A stretch of 64,000 bases of DNA from contig NW_005201912.1 of the NCBI RefSeq assembly GCF_000372725.1, positions 62,001 through 126,000 on the forward strand. Reading direction: 5' to 3'. Under the pieces are notes generated by a model that was not told the DNA's origin, made no database searches, and saw only the letters and a program-made list of their open reading frames with translations. The DNA comes from Emiliania huxleyi CCMP1516. Its lineage: Eukaryota. A program made the position numbers and the translations under genes. Every line of letters starts with the position of its first letter. Within the stretch, counting starts at the first letter, position 1. Positions 1 to 11,141 of this stretch are shown here, one piece after another.

Positions 1-50
1 GGGAGAGCCGCAATCCACAGCGGCCTCTCCAACCGATCCGCAGCTCCGCC

Positions 51-1383
51 TCAGGCCGGCGGGCCGAAGAAGGGTACCCGAGCGCCCGGCGGCAACGCAG
101 GCACCCCGGCGAGGAGTCCAGCGACCTGTTCACGACAGGGGGCGCGCGTGACGAGGCGCCGTTCGCGCCGCCTGGCCGGGCGCGAGGAAGCGGCAGAGCT
201 CACCCACACTCCGGCCGCGATGAGGGCGAGCGTGCAGAAGGTGTTTCCAAAGACGGAGAAGAGGAGGATGGCCAGCGTGCGATTCAGCTTCGGCCGCGTC
301 TCGCCGAAGGGGAGGGACGCCTGCAGACGCTTGATGACCCGCCTGCGAGGTACAGCCGAGGAGCCGCCGAAGCTGACGGCCGACGGAGAACGCCGAGAGA
401 ACGCCGAGAGAACGCCGAGAGGCAGCCGAGAGGCAGCCGAGAGACAGCCGAGAGGCAGCCGAGAGGCAGCCGAGAGAACGCCGAGAGACAGCCGAGAGGC
501 AGCCGAGAGAACGCCGAGAGACAGCCGAGAGACAGCCGAGAGGCAGCCGAGAGAACGCCGAGAGACAGCCGAGAGGCAGCCGAGAGAACGCCGAGAGACA
601 GCCGAGAGGCAGCCGAGAGACAGCCGAGAGGCAGCCGAGAGAGGCCCCAAGAGATAACCCTCTCCGCCGTAACCTCGGCTGCACTCGGCGGCATCTCGGC
701 GGCATCTCGCGGCGGTGTTTGCCCAAACAGCGGCGTGACGCCGACGGAGAAGGCCATGCGGAAGGGGCGGGTGATGGTGCCGAAGGTGAGGTAAATGCCG
801 GCGTACACGGCGAGGAACTTGGACCACTGCCCAGGCGCCAGCGGCGAGAGGCCCGTTGACTGGCAAAAGGTGAACCAGGCGACCGACACCGTCACGCCTG
901 CCGCGCGAGGGAAGGAAGAGCTGCGAGGGGAGAGACTCGGGTACACATCGGAGGAGCCCGCCCGGGAACGTCTCGGAGGGCGTCTCGGGAGTAGCACGCT
1001 CGTATCATGGGCTCGGAGTGTCGTGGATGTCTCGGAAGGCGTGCCGCGCCAGCGTTGAGGTTCGAGACGAGTCCGTAGGTGAAGAAGGCGTCGACACCGA
1101 GCTTGCTCAGCGAAGCGCGGTCGAACTTCATCCACTTGCCAAACCACGCGCGCGCGCGCGCCACCGGCGACTCACCAGCTGACTCACTCGCCATGCGCGG
1201 CGGACACGGTACCCGCGCCGCTCGTTGCAAAGGAGGCGCATATGCCGGTCGCAGCGCTGCTCCCCGCACCGCTGTCACGCCTGGCGAGCGCGCAGTCGTC
1301 CGGACGGCGTGCGAGGCGACGCCGGTGGACAGGATGAGCAGAGTGGCAGACGCGCTGAGCGTCGCAGTTGTACATCTCGTCAT
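51..1383 (-). CDS. Probable plastid-targeted multi-pass membrane protein, conserved algal type (4 exons; inferred introns 898-1050, 343-722, 126-203)
   Basis: Signal/transit-like N-terminus (MTRCTTATLSASATLLILSTGVASHA). Exons join to give LGVDAFFTYGLVSNLNAGVTVSVAWFTFCQSTGLSPLAPGQWSKFLAVYAGIYL...TRPFRMAFSVGVTPLFG with hydrophobic helices. GC-AG and GT-AG boundaries restore the frame. Confidence 0.65.
385..645. repeat. Intronic tandem repeat (~10-12 nt CCGAGAGRCAG-type units)
   Basis: Repeated gccgagaggca / gccgagagaca / gccgagagaac units. Confidence 0.95.
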
Positions 1384-3275
1384 CTTGCGGCCTCCAGCGC
1401 CGAGCAAAATCTTTGCGCTGCCTGGGGCCTGGCGCGCACTGGCGGCTGAGGGCCAAAAGCAAAACGCGCAGCGCGACTCGAGGCCGCGGGTGCGGGCGCG
1501 ACTCGTCAACCAGGGAGAGCGGGCTCGACCCCCCTGGGAGGGGAGGCGACACGACCCAACGCCGCCGCCCCCGCCCGGGGAGACCTCGGCCGGGCCGTCG
1601 ACGCCCTCGAAAGCGGTGGAGCCGGGAGAAGCTGGCGGAGATGAAGGGCGGCAGCGAGCGGAGGAAGCGACACCAACAACGAGGGAAACGGCCACACCGG
1701 CCGTCGCATGACGCTCGTGAGACGAGCAAGAGAACGAATCAAGGGGGGTCGGAACCCTGGGAGGACGGGGGGTGAGCCCTCATGCGGGGGGTTTACTCAA
1801 GTGCCTGCGCGAGTGAGTGTGGAGTGGGGGTGTGACGTGTGAGGCGTGCAGTGTGGTGTTCATTAGCTCCGAGTAGAGGGGGCGTCCTGCAGTTAAGGGG
1901 AAACCCGGTACGCGGGGCCAACCCTCGGAGACCCGTGTTTACTTTAAGGCCCTTGCCCTGCGAACGCGCACCCCCGGGGCTAGGGCTCTCTAGCCCGTAA
2001 CCCGATGCCAATCATCCGGCCCGCTGGGTGCGCTTCTGAGCTCCCTGGCCCTGGATGTGCGGTTAATGACTGCACTCCAAGTGCTCCAAGTGCTCCACTC
2101 TCACATCTCAGAGCCGTGTTCTATCTCAGCAACCCCGCTCGCGGGTGCTAGAGCAGCGTTCTTCAAGCTTAAACCCCACTCTACACAACACAGAGCAGCG
2201 TTTTGCCTAACAAGACTCCGCTCTGCAACCTTCAGAGCGGACTCTTGCTCAGAAAAACACCGACCAAACACGTTCGAGCGGAGCCAAGTCAGTGCAACAC
2301 CGCTCAACATACGTAGCGGGAGCGGTCAATTTCCGCGGAGAGGCTGCTTTCGCCTCCCTCAGTCGCGCTCTTCTCGGGTGAGTTGGAGGGAGCTACCGCA
2401 GTGCTTCCGGAAGTCATTTCAGACTTCGAGGCCATTGTCAATAATTAGCAGACCAGCCGGCGGAAAGGCCACGCCGAAGCCCACCGGCAGAGGCGGTAAC
2501 CGGCACCGGTACACCGGTATGGCTATGCTCCTCAGAGTGCCCGGAGGAATCATGATATTTTCACCGAAACGAAAGTCGAAAGACGAAACGCGAGCGCGGT
2601 GCGACGCGCGTGCACAGCGGTCAGCGCCACATAGGGAGTGCACGCCGTCTCTGAGAGACGGTGCTGAGCTAACATACCGACTCGCGGCGTTAGGTAGAAA
2701 GGTGAAGAACAGTCAGGCTCGGACTGGACACCAGCGCGGTATGGGTGGACGCGGGACAGATGATGACGAACACGCACGAGCAACACACAGACACAAACAA
2801 AGCTCACAAGACACAAAGAACAAGGAAAAGAAAGCGTGGGGGGGGGGGGGGGGCTGTGACCCCTCAAATTAAGCCCAGCCACCACCAGCCAGCGACGAAA
2901 CAAAAGAACAACGAAAAGAAATCGCTTGCTCTCCAAGTGCTTGCGAGCGTGTTCTGCACGTTCCTGGCAGTCGCCGTCGCAGCGCCAAGAGGCACCGCTC
3001 GCCAACAGGTTAGCCATACCGAGGCGGGTCCGTACGTGAACGACGCACAAGGCCTGAGTTGGCAAGGTAAGGGGAATGATCAGAATGGCAAGGCTCGGAA
3101 TGCGTTCTTTGAACGTTCAGAACACCGGCCACTAGGCCCGCCTATACGGGACAGCCACCCTCTCAAAGCACTCACCACACGATTATGCCGCCTCCTATTC
3201 GTCATCCTCTTCAAAGCCGACAATGGCTTCGTCCGCCGCCTTTCTCCGCCGTGCGGTACGCCTTGAGTGCCCGGT

Positions 3276-3704
3276 TCAGGTTCTGCTTGCCGCAGTTGTC
3301 ACGTACAGCTCCTCGAGCTCGACCCAGCGCGTATCAATGAAGCCGTCGTCATTCTGGTCCTCTCCAAACTTGCCGCGGGTGAGGTAGCACAGCGACGTCT
3401 CCGCCGCGGCCAGCTCATTGCGCCGCTTCTTCCCGACGAGCCGCTCAGGGTCGGCGAAGCGCATGCCAATCACCTCCTTGATCTCGAACGAGTATGTCGG
3501 CACGACCGCGTCGTCTCCTCCGCCGTCGGCGAGGCGCGCCACGCGCTCCGCCGTGGCCGCCTTCTGGCATTTGTAGCGGGTACACATGGTGCGGCGCGCA
3601 TACTTGAGCACACCGTGGTTGGTGCAGTTGGCGCACGTGCCTGTGTGGGATAGGGCGACATAGCGACGCGCGCGCTCCGGGTATTTTTTCTGAGACACAC
3701 ACAC
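3276..3704 (-). CDS. Small hypothetical protein or fragment with a Cys cluster and chromodomain-like C-terminus
   Basis: CANC...C..YKC, then YSFEIKEVIGMR...YLTRGKFG...DTRWVELEEL, resembling chromo-fold spacing. Could be a TE remnant. Confidence 0.35.
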   Translation of the reverse strand: MCVSQKKYPERARRYVALSHTGTCANCTNHGVLKYARRTMCTRYKCQKAATAERVARLADGGGDDAVVPTYSFEIKEVIGMRFADPERLVGKKRRNELAAAETSLCYLTRGKFGEDQNDDGFIDTRWVELEELYVTTAASRT

Positions 3705-4100
3705 AGGGCCTCCACAGCTCAGGGGCTCTCACAGCGTCCCATGAAGGTTCACGGGGCCGACTACAGTGTACAACGGGGAGGAGTGCGCCGTACCCCTGGC
3801 TGGGCGCAAAGGGTCTCGCTCTCGGCCTCGTCCCTCACCCCTCAGGCGTCAGGGCTACAGTAAAGCCGCGTGGTACTCTACCCTGTATCCAACGTGCGCA
3901 ACGGCAACTCCGCTCTCCGGGTCCGGCGGCTCGCGTGCAACCCCAACCGGCCCCAACGCGGCCAAGAAAAAAGACATCAACCCTTCGAGAACCTCTCGAG
4001 AACAACTCGGTACCGCTCTCTCGACACTAGTACGGCGCGACAAGAGGACACCCACTTTCACATGACATGGACACATGGAGATGGAGAGATTCATGGTGAG

Positions 4101-7100
4101 TCAGGGAACGGTCTGCGGAGACGCCGACCGCTCAGAGCCGACGCGGCCGTCGCCGTCCAAGTCGATCCCCGTCAGGTTTTCGGTCAGGTTGAGCGCGTCG
4201 CTGAGTAGGCCGCCCCTCCTTGGGCCACACAACGCGTCGATCTGGCCGAGCACCAGCCGCAGCGAGACCTCCGCGTGCGGGCCACCATGCAGCGGAGTCG
4301 CGATCGGGCGGTAGATGCCGGCGTCTCGCAGCGCAGCTGGCGTCGCCGCGATGATGTCGTCGAAAGTGGCGACGCCCACGTCGCCGTCGCGCCGCTCGTG
4401 CACCAGCACGAGCGGCCGGCCGCCCTCCAGCGCCTCGCGCACCTGCCCACGGCACAACGGCGTGAAGAGACGCCGTTCCCCTGGCGACCCCTGGTGTGCC
4501 TCTGTGCACCTCGCAGCCGAGCGCCTCCGCCTGGGCTCCCGGAGCAAAGGTGGAGCTGTTCAGGTAGAGCAAGAAAGCGCACGTGGAGCGCGCCTGCGCG
4601 GGGTCGTGTGCGCTGCTGCTCGAATCTCGGCTGCAATCTCAATATCGGTTGAACCCCGTCGGACATCTCGACCGAATCTCGACCAATCTCGTCTGAATCT
4701 CGGCTCCCGGGTGCGAGAGCCTGCGCGGGGTCGTCCGTGCTGCGCAGCCGCCCGTCGCTCGCCTGCTCACAGATGGAGGTGTGGAGAGACGCGGTTCACA
4801 CCCACAGCGATCCTCGAGGGTCGCGCCGGCTCGCCTCGCCGATGCTCTCTGCCACCTCAGCCGCGCCGGCGTTGCTGGCGGAGTAGTACACGTGAAACTC
4901 CTTCCGGGTGGCGAGCGGCGGCGGCGGCGAGCGGAGGAGGTCGCCCGGCAGGAAGATGGGCTGGTCTGCGCCGGCCGCCTTCCACGCGCGAAGCAGCTCG
5001 ACGATCAGCAGCCTCATCGAGCACATCTGGAAGGGGCGCAGCCGGTGCCACGTCACCAGCGGCGCCGCGAAGACATACTCGCGCAGCTCATCGGGGCACT
5101 CGGCGCGGTGGACCTGTTCACAGCTGGAGGTGTGAAGAGGCGCTGTTCACAGCTCGTCGGAGCACTCTCCACGGTGGGACGTCGAGCGGCACTCCGCCGT
5201 GCGACGGGTCCGTCTCCAGCAGCAGAATCAGCGGCTTCTTCCGCTCAACCTATCCACAAACCCTCTGTTCTCGGCGCTCCGCGCTCTTCTCAGCGCGAGC
5301 GGCCTCTCTGCCGAACCGCGGCGCGCAGCTCGCGCAAGCAGTTGCGGGAGCGCATGTAGTCGGAGGCGGGTGCACCTGTTCACAGCTAGAGGTGTGAAGA
5401 GACGCTGTTCACGGGAGGGAGCGCATGTAGTCGGAGGCGGGTGCGCCGTCGGCGACGGCGGTCGAGCCCGTCAGCAGCACGATCACGGCCTCCGAGTTGC
5501 CCACGTGCTCCTCCAGCCGCGCGGTGTCGTCCAAGTTGTCCACGTCCAAGAAGGGCGAGATGTTTTGTACGTAACTTGGGGACGCGGCGAGCACGTGTCA
5601 GGAGGACGTGTCTGCGGCCGTGTCAGCGGCCGGCGGTCGTGCCGAGGAGCGGCGGCGGTGCGGGCGTAGAGGCAGGGGTGCGGGCAGAGTGGAGGCGGCG
5701 GTGTTGACGGGCGTGCGGATGTGGAGACAGTGGTGGGGGAGGGCGGAGGAGGCGGTGGGTCGCACCGCTGCAGCTGCCCCTTGAGCGCCTTTGCCTGGTC
5801 CTGCCCGCTCGACCACACGTGGGAGAGGAAGACGTGGTACCTGTGCACCTGTTCACAGCTAGAGGAGTGAAGAGACGCTGTTCACGGGAGAGGGAGACGT
5901 GGTACCTGTGCACCGCGGTCAGTCTGTGACGCGCTGGGGCGTGGCCGAGCGAGAGGCAGCTGGTGAGCACCGCCCATCCGGCAGCCCCATAGCAGAGATG
6001 ACCCGCGCCTACACCCGGGTGATCGGGGGTAGATCTCGGGTGATCTGGGGTAGATCTCGGGTGATCTGGCAGTCGTCCGAAATGTCGGACCCCCCCATCA
6101 CGGCAGGGGCGCCGCGCCTACACGCGAGGGCACAGGCCGAGATCATATCTCCCCCACATCTCCCTCATATCTCGTCCTACACGCGAGGAGGCACAGGCCG
6201 AGATCCGCACGAGAGGCCGCCGAGAGGTCTAGCCAGCCGTCGCGGGGCGCCGCACCCTCGTGTTTCTAGGACGAGATATGAGGGAGATATGGAGGAGATA
6301 TGCTCTCGGTCTCAGCCATCGCGGGGCCGCACCTCGTGTGCCTTTGCCAGCTCCCAAGGCGGCGTGCCCCGCTTGGAGCGAGACATGAGCGCGAGGGTGA
6401 CGGAGCGGTGCAGCGACCCCTTCCTACAGCCTCTTCCCATCCCGGCTGATCTCGGCTGGTCCCTAACGGCGGGGCGGCGCAGCACCCTCTCCTCGGCCCA
6501 GCCGGCGGCTCCCAGCGTGCAAAGTCGCGCTCCGCGTCCCTGCAGCCGAGCGGTGCAGTCACGAGGCCGTCAGGGCTCGGAGGAGGCTCGGAGGGCAGCT
6601 CGAGCAGAGTCTGGGGGGGGGGGGCCGATTGCAGGCAAGTGCCGCTGCAGGCCTGATAATGCCCTTGAGATGCCTCCGCCGCCGCTGCAGCCGGAGGTAA
6701 CAGAGTCCGCCGCAGAGGCAGAGCGCAATGAGCCCCGACGCGAGCGCCGCGATGAGTGTAACCACCCCCCTGTTCACGCCTCCAGCCGTGAAGAGACGCC
6801 GAGTACCGCCGCGCGCAAGCAAGGGGGCAGCCCCGCACCGGTTTGAACTGGTTGGACTGGTCGCGTCCTGGCACAGGGCGCCGCTAAACCCCGGAAGGCA
6901 GTCGCAACCGCCGTCGAAGCGGCATTTGCCGTTGCCCGAGCAGTTCCCCTCGTTCAGGCAGTAGCGCAGCTTCCACGGCGGCGTTGGGAAGGAGACGTTC
7001 TCTCTCTCCTTTGCGTCGAAGACAACCTAGAGGAAAACGAGGCGTCAACGAGGGGGTGGTATGTCGGGCGATGGGCGGTGCTACAACACCTCGTAGTCAG

Positions 7101-9067
7101 CCTGCCCGGCCGCCGCCGCGCCGGGCGGGTACTGCACGACAGGGAAGTCCATCCCCTCCATCTGCCCGTCGGCGTTGAAGGAGATGTTGCTGGTGAAGAA
7201 CTCGACGAGCGACGTGCTGCGGAGCGCGCTCGCCACGGCGGCCGTCTCGAGCGAGCCCGCCCGCTCGATGGCGTCGCCCAAGGTGCAGAGCGCCTATCAT
7301 TGACGTGTCGTTGTCATCCTCACCACAATGCCGTTGTTGCTCGATGGCGTCGCCCAGCGTGCGGAGCGCCGCGAAGGTCCCCGCCCCGTCAGAGTCGACC
7401 TTGGCCGGGTACACTGTGCGGCCGCCGAACGCCTTCAAGTACTCCTCCTCGTATTTCGCGCTGTCCCAACCGGAGAAATTGCCAATGTCGCTCGGCATCG
7501 ACGCGACCCACGGCACCGCCTGCAGAGCCGGGGAGCGAGGGCTAGTGGGCTCCACGCGCCGGTGAGAGCAGTGTGAGCGGTGTGCGTGTGCGTGTGCGTG
7601 GTGTGCGTGTGCGAGAGAGAGAGAGGCTGCCTCGAGTGCGTACTCGCCCTGCCACCAGCCGCCCCTCATCTTGCGGACGTATTCGTCGTTGAGGATCGTG
7701 TTTGTCAGGAAAGTGGCGAGCGGCGAGTAGGCCTCCTCCTCCTCCTCCAGGCCGAGTCGCTCCAGCTCCTCCACCTACAGCCTCGACGCATCTCGCGTGA
7801 TCTCGCGCAATCTCCGAGGCCGAGCCGCCCCTCCTCCTCCTCCACCGCGACGATGCCGCCGGCCTCGTACGAGCAGACGAGGACGACGGTGGCGCGCTCG
7901 TCCCGCAGATGCGCCAGCGCCCTCCGCATCTCCTGCCTGTACGTCGATGTGTTGACGCTGCTCCACTTTGGAACCGTCGCGTTCGCTACGATGCCGGAGC
8001 CGGCCGCGTCCGCAGGAGCCGTCAGGATCCGCGCCTTGGCGTCCTCCCACTCTTCTTCGCTGCCGCAGACCCCCCGAAAGGCAGTGTCGTCCTCCTCGAC
8101 GTACCTGCGGGACACACGTCGCGGAAAGTTTCATGGAAAGGGCCGCGAGGCGTCGCCGCCTCCCTTCTCTGCGAACCCGACTCGGAGGGCGCCCAAGCAG
8201 GTCTCGGAAGGTTCGCCGGCGCGGCGCACGCACTCCTTCTGGCAGTCGCACTCCCCGCCAGCATCGCAGCCAGTGTCGCAGTCCTCGGCAGCCTTCAGCA
8301 GCGCCTCGAACTCGCGCCTGTACGACGATACCTCGGCTGTATCTCGGCTGCATCTCGGCTGCGTCCCGGCTGCGTCTCTGGCCAGAGCAACGCCTCATAC
8401 TGCTGCGGGGCAGCATCCCAAACACGCGCAGCCCGAGGCCATTCTCTTGCGCCAGCGCGGCGGCCGAAGAGTAGACGGCGGGATCAGATGACGCTGGAGC
8501 GATCATCAGCTTGCTGTCCAGCACCGCCTGCTTGCTCGCGTAGGTGGTCAGCCCCGAGCCATACGGGCCGAGCAGGAAGTCTGCCGACGCGAAACCGCCC
8601 GACTCCGGGTGCACGAGGCGCGAGGTGGCGTTGGCGACCTGCAGCTGGCTACTGCTGTCTCCGAGGAAGACGCAATGTACGCCGTAGACGTGCGTCGCGT
8701 TGACTTTGATCCCGCCGCGGGGCACCAGCATCCGCGAGAAGAGGTCGCAGCTCCTCTGCATCTTAAGCGAGCTCGTATAGAACTGGTCTTCGGGCTGAAG
8801 CGACGCTGGCGCGCCGATGGTGATTACGCCCCTCGTCCTCTCGTTCTTGCACAGCTGATCGATGTCGGTCTCGAAGGTCAGATGAGGCGTGCCCGCTGGC
8901 AGTGACGGCACCGCTGTTGTGACATTCGTCCAGCAATAGCTTGGGTCGCACTGATCGTCAGAGCGGCCGCGTGTGTTTTCCGTCACCACGACGAGCGGCA
9001 CGTCGTACTTCTCCACGCACTCCGTGATTGTTGCCGCCGCTGCCGCTGTCAGGATCGGCAGCGCCAT
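4101..9067 (-). CDS. Multi-exon receptor-like protein: periplasmic-binding type 1 (Venus flytrap) ectodomain, EGF-like domain, TM helix, TIR domain, second TIR-like domain
   Basis: FLLGPYGSGLTTYA...MIAPASSDPAVY...VFGMLP and LGDAIERAGSLETAAVASAL...ISFNADGQ (Liv/ANF-type PBP1). CSGNGKCRFDGGCDCLPGFSGALC (EGF). VVTLIAALASGLIALCLCGGLCYL-RLQRRRR (TM). RYHVFLSHVWSSGQDQAKALK...FLDVDNLDD...VIVLLT...YMRSRNCLRELRAAV (TIR). FHVYYS...FLLYLNSSTF...EVREAL...LVLVHE (TIR-like). Confidence 0.75.
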
Positions 9068-9170
9068 CGGCGCTGGGTTGTAGCGGACTTGCCTGGGTTG
9101 TAGCGGACTTGCCTGCAGCTCAAAGCACACCGTCCGGCGTCCGCCGCATTTTGGAGTGGCAAAAGAATTT

Positions 9171-9226
9171 TACCCCGAGGCACGGGACTGGCGCTGGCAA
9201 TTCTTTCATTCTTTCTTTCTTGGCGC
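9171..9226 (-). mobile_element. Severely 5'-truncated insertion (3' end of non-LTR-like element) with 14-bp TSD
   Basis: TGGCAAAAGAATTT at 9157-9170 and 9227-9240 flank sequence (minus strand ttgccagcgccagtcccgtgcc) matching the 3' UTR at 25034-25060. Confidence 0.6.
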
Positions 9227-9374
9227 TGGCAAAAGAATTTCCTCGTTACGAGTTCTGCAAGTGCGTCAGCTGTTCCCTCGCCAGAGCCGCCCTGGATGTG
9301 CGAGGCTAGTGACCGCACTCCAAAGTGCTCCAAGACAAGTAGCAAGTTGCAAGAGAATCGTCCAAATAAGACTC

Positions 9375-11141
9375 TCACCAAATGGCGAACCGCGGCGGCT
9401 TCCTCCTTGTGTGGCCGCGGCGGTCCGGGAGCACGCCTCTGGCGAGCGGGTGGGCCTCGGCCGACCTCCTCAGCCCCGCCATCTCGCCGTCGCACGCCGC
9501 GCTCTCGCTAGGCAGGTGCGGCCGTACCCTCGAGAGGTAGTGGAGGTTGTAGCCCAGCCTCGGGCTCGCTTGCCCCTTTCGGTGCTCCTCCGAGTCCCAG
9601 AGCCGCCCGTTCCACGCCTTGGCGCCCGCCACGGTGCCAAAGTAGTGGAAGACCCAGTGCGCCGGCTGCTTGCGGCGCGGGCCGTTGCCGGGCAGCTGCG
9701 AGGCGTCGGGGTTGAAGTAGGCGCCAAAGTCGTGGCGGAGGAACATCATGTACCAGAAGAAGCCCTGATCCTCGGCGGCGGCGACGTACCGCCACCAGTT
9801 GTTGGTCATGGCGCCGGTGGTGTTGATGTGGGTGAACCAGAAGTAGGCCTCGTTGACCCGCGGCCGCAAGGTCGTCGCCCCGCCGGCCGCGGGCGAGACG
9901 TAGCGCTGCTTCAGGTAGCGCGGCGCCTCGAGCAGGGCGCGCGGCGGCCCGACGAGCCCCCACCCGTGCGATACGTTGAGCGGGCAGCTGGCGAGCACGC
10001 GCAGCCCCTCGCGGTAGAGGCGCAGCGAGGGGAGCAGCAGCATGAGCCCCGTGTTGACGGGCGAGGAGCCGTCCGAGGCGCCGATGAACTTGAGCCCCGC
10101 CCGGGGCGCCCTGGCGCCGTCAATGTGGTAAACCTGCGGCGGCAGCGCGCCGCGCCGGGTCGCGGGCGACCCGAACTGCAGCACGAAGGGGAGCATCGCC
10201 CGCCAGCGGGTGCGCAGCTCCACCTCGCAAATCTCGACCGGCATCAGGTCCACGTCCTGGTCCACAAAGAGGACCGCGTCGTACTCTGTCATGCCGACAA
10301 ACTGCCACTTGAGCAACACCTCTGGCGGCATCCCCGTCTGATAGCGACGCCTCCGCTGCTGCGCTAGGCAGCTACGCGCGGCCTGCAGCAACCTCTGGTC
10401 GGGCTCGATGACCTGTGCGAAGCTGCAAAAGGCGGCCGGCCGCGGCGGAGGGAGGCTCAGGCCGTCCCTCCCACGGACAGGCAGCCAGAGGATCAGCACC
10501 GACACCACCCACGGGCCCGACAGGGCCTGCTGCAGCCTGCGCGCGCCCTGGCACCAGAGGCGGAAGGCGCAGTGCTCCTGTGGCGCTGGTAGGGATCGTG
10601 GAGACGGGTACGACAGCGTGGCGATTGCGAGGCGCAGCGCCGAGCCATTGGAGGCGCGGCTCGCCTCAGCCGGAGGAGGGGCGCTCCAGCGGCGCGCTGC
10701 GGGAGGCGGAATGCTCTCGCGCACCTGGACCGTCGTCCACTCTGCGCCAACCCGCCGTGGGCCCCACCAGCTGCGGAGGTCGCCCACGTCGCAGTCCGAG
10801 TACCAGGCACAGACGTTGGCTTCCGCCGAGACGCTGATGTATCGGCACCGCGAGCAGGCCTCGCACGCCGCCACACACGCCTCGGTCGCCGACTGCTGCC
10901 GGAGTGCGCGCTGCGTGCATTGGTCGTCGCACCCTCCGTCTTCCAGCACACGGCGACCGGCGCGGTGCATCCTGAGCTTTGACAGCGCAAGATGCCGAGC
11001 CAACCGGGACGCCATCGCACGGGGCTGCTTGGGCAGCGTGAGGATGCCCTCGCTGCGGCTCTCGCACGCACCAAGTGGAGCTGGTGTCTCCGTGACGAGC
11101 GCACAGAAGCCGCGGTGCTGCGTGGCGTTCGGCATGAGCAC
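9375..11141 (-). CDS. GT-A fold glycosyltransferase (GT8/glycogenin-like) with N-terminal Cys-rich PAN/apple-like module; intronless; start uncertain
   Basis: LKWQ..GMTEYDAVLFVDQDVDL (DxD), SPVNTGLMLLLPS, EDQGFFWY, HYFG..KAW; ACVAACEACSRCRYISVS...CAWYSDC. Confidence 0.7.
   Translation of the reverse strand: MLMPNATQHRGFCALVTETPAPLGACESRSEGILTLPKQPRAMASRLARHLALSKLRMHRAGRRVLEDGGCDDQCTQRALRQQSATEACVAACEACSRCRYISVSAEANVCAWYSDCDVGDLRSWWGPRRVGAEWTTVQVRESIPPPAARRWSAPPPAEASRASNGSALRLAIATLSYPSPRSLPAPQEHCAFRLWCQGARRLQQALSGPWVVSVLILWLPVRGRDGLSLPPPRPAAFCSFAQVIEPDQRLLQAARSCLAQQRRRRYQTGMPPEVLLKWQFVGMTEYDAVLFVDQDVDLMPVEICEVELRTRWRAMLPFVLQFGSPATRRGALPPQVYHIDGARAPRAGLKFIGASDGSSPVNTGLMLLLPSLRLYREGLRVLASCPLNVSHGWGLVGPPRALLEAPRYLKQRYVSPAAGGATTLRPRVNEAYFWFTHINTTGAMTNNWWRYVAAAEDQGFFWYMMFLRHDFGAYFNPDASQLPGNGPRRKQPAHWVFHYFGTVAGAKAWNGRLWDSEEHRKGQASPRLGYNLHYLSRVRPHLPSESAACDGEMAGLRRSAEAHPLARGVLPDRRGHTRRKPPRFAIW

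Noticed and set aside
1750..3270. ORFs 2057-2872 and neighbours as genes or an LTR
   Set aside because: No recognisable motifs, stop-interrupted frames, and no second LTR copy in the window.
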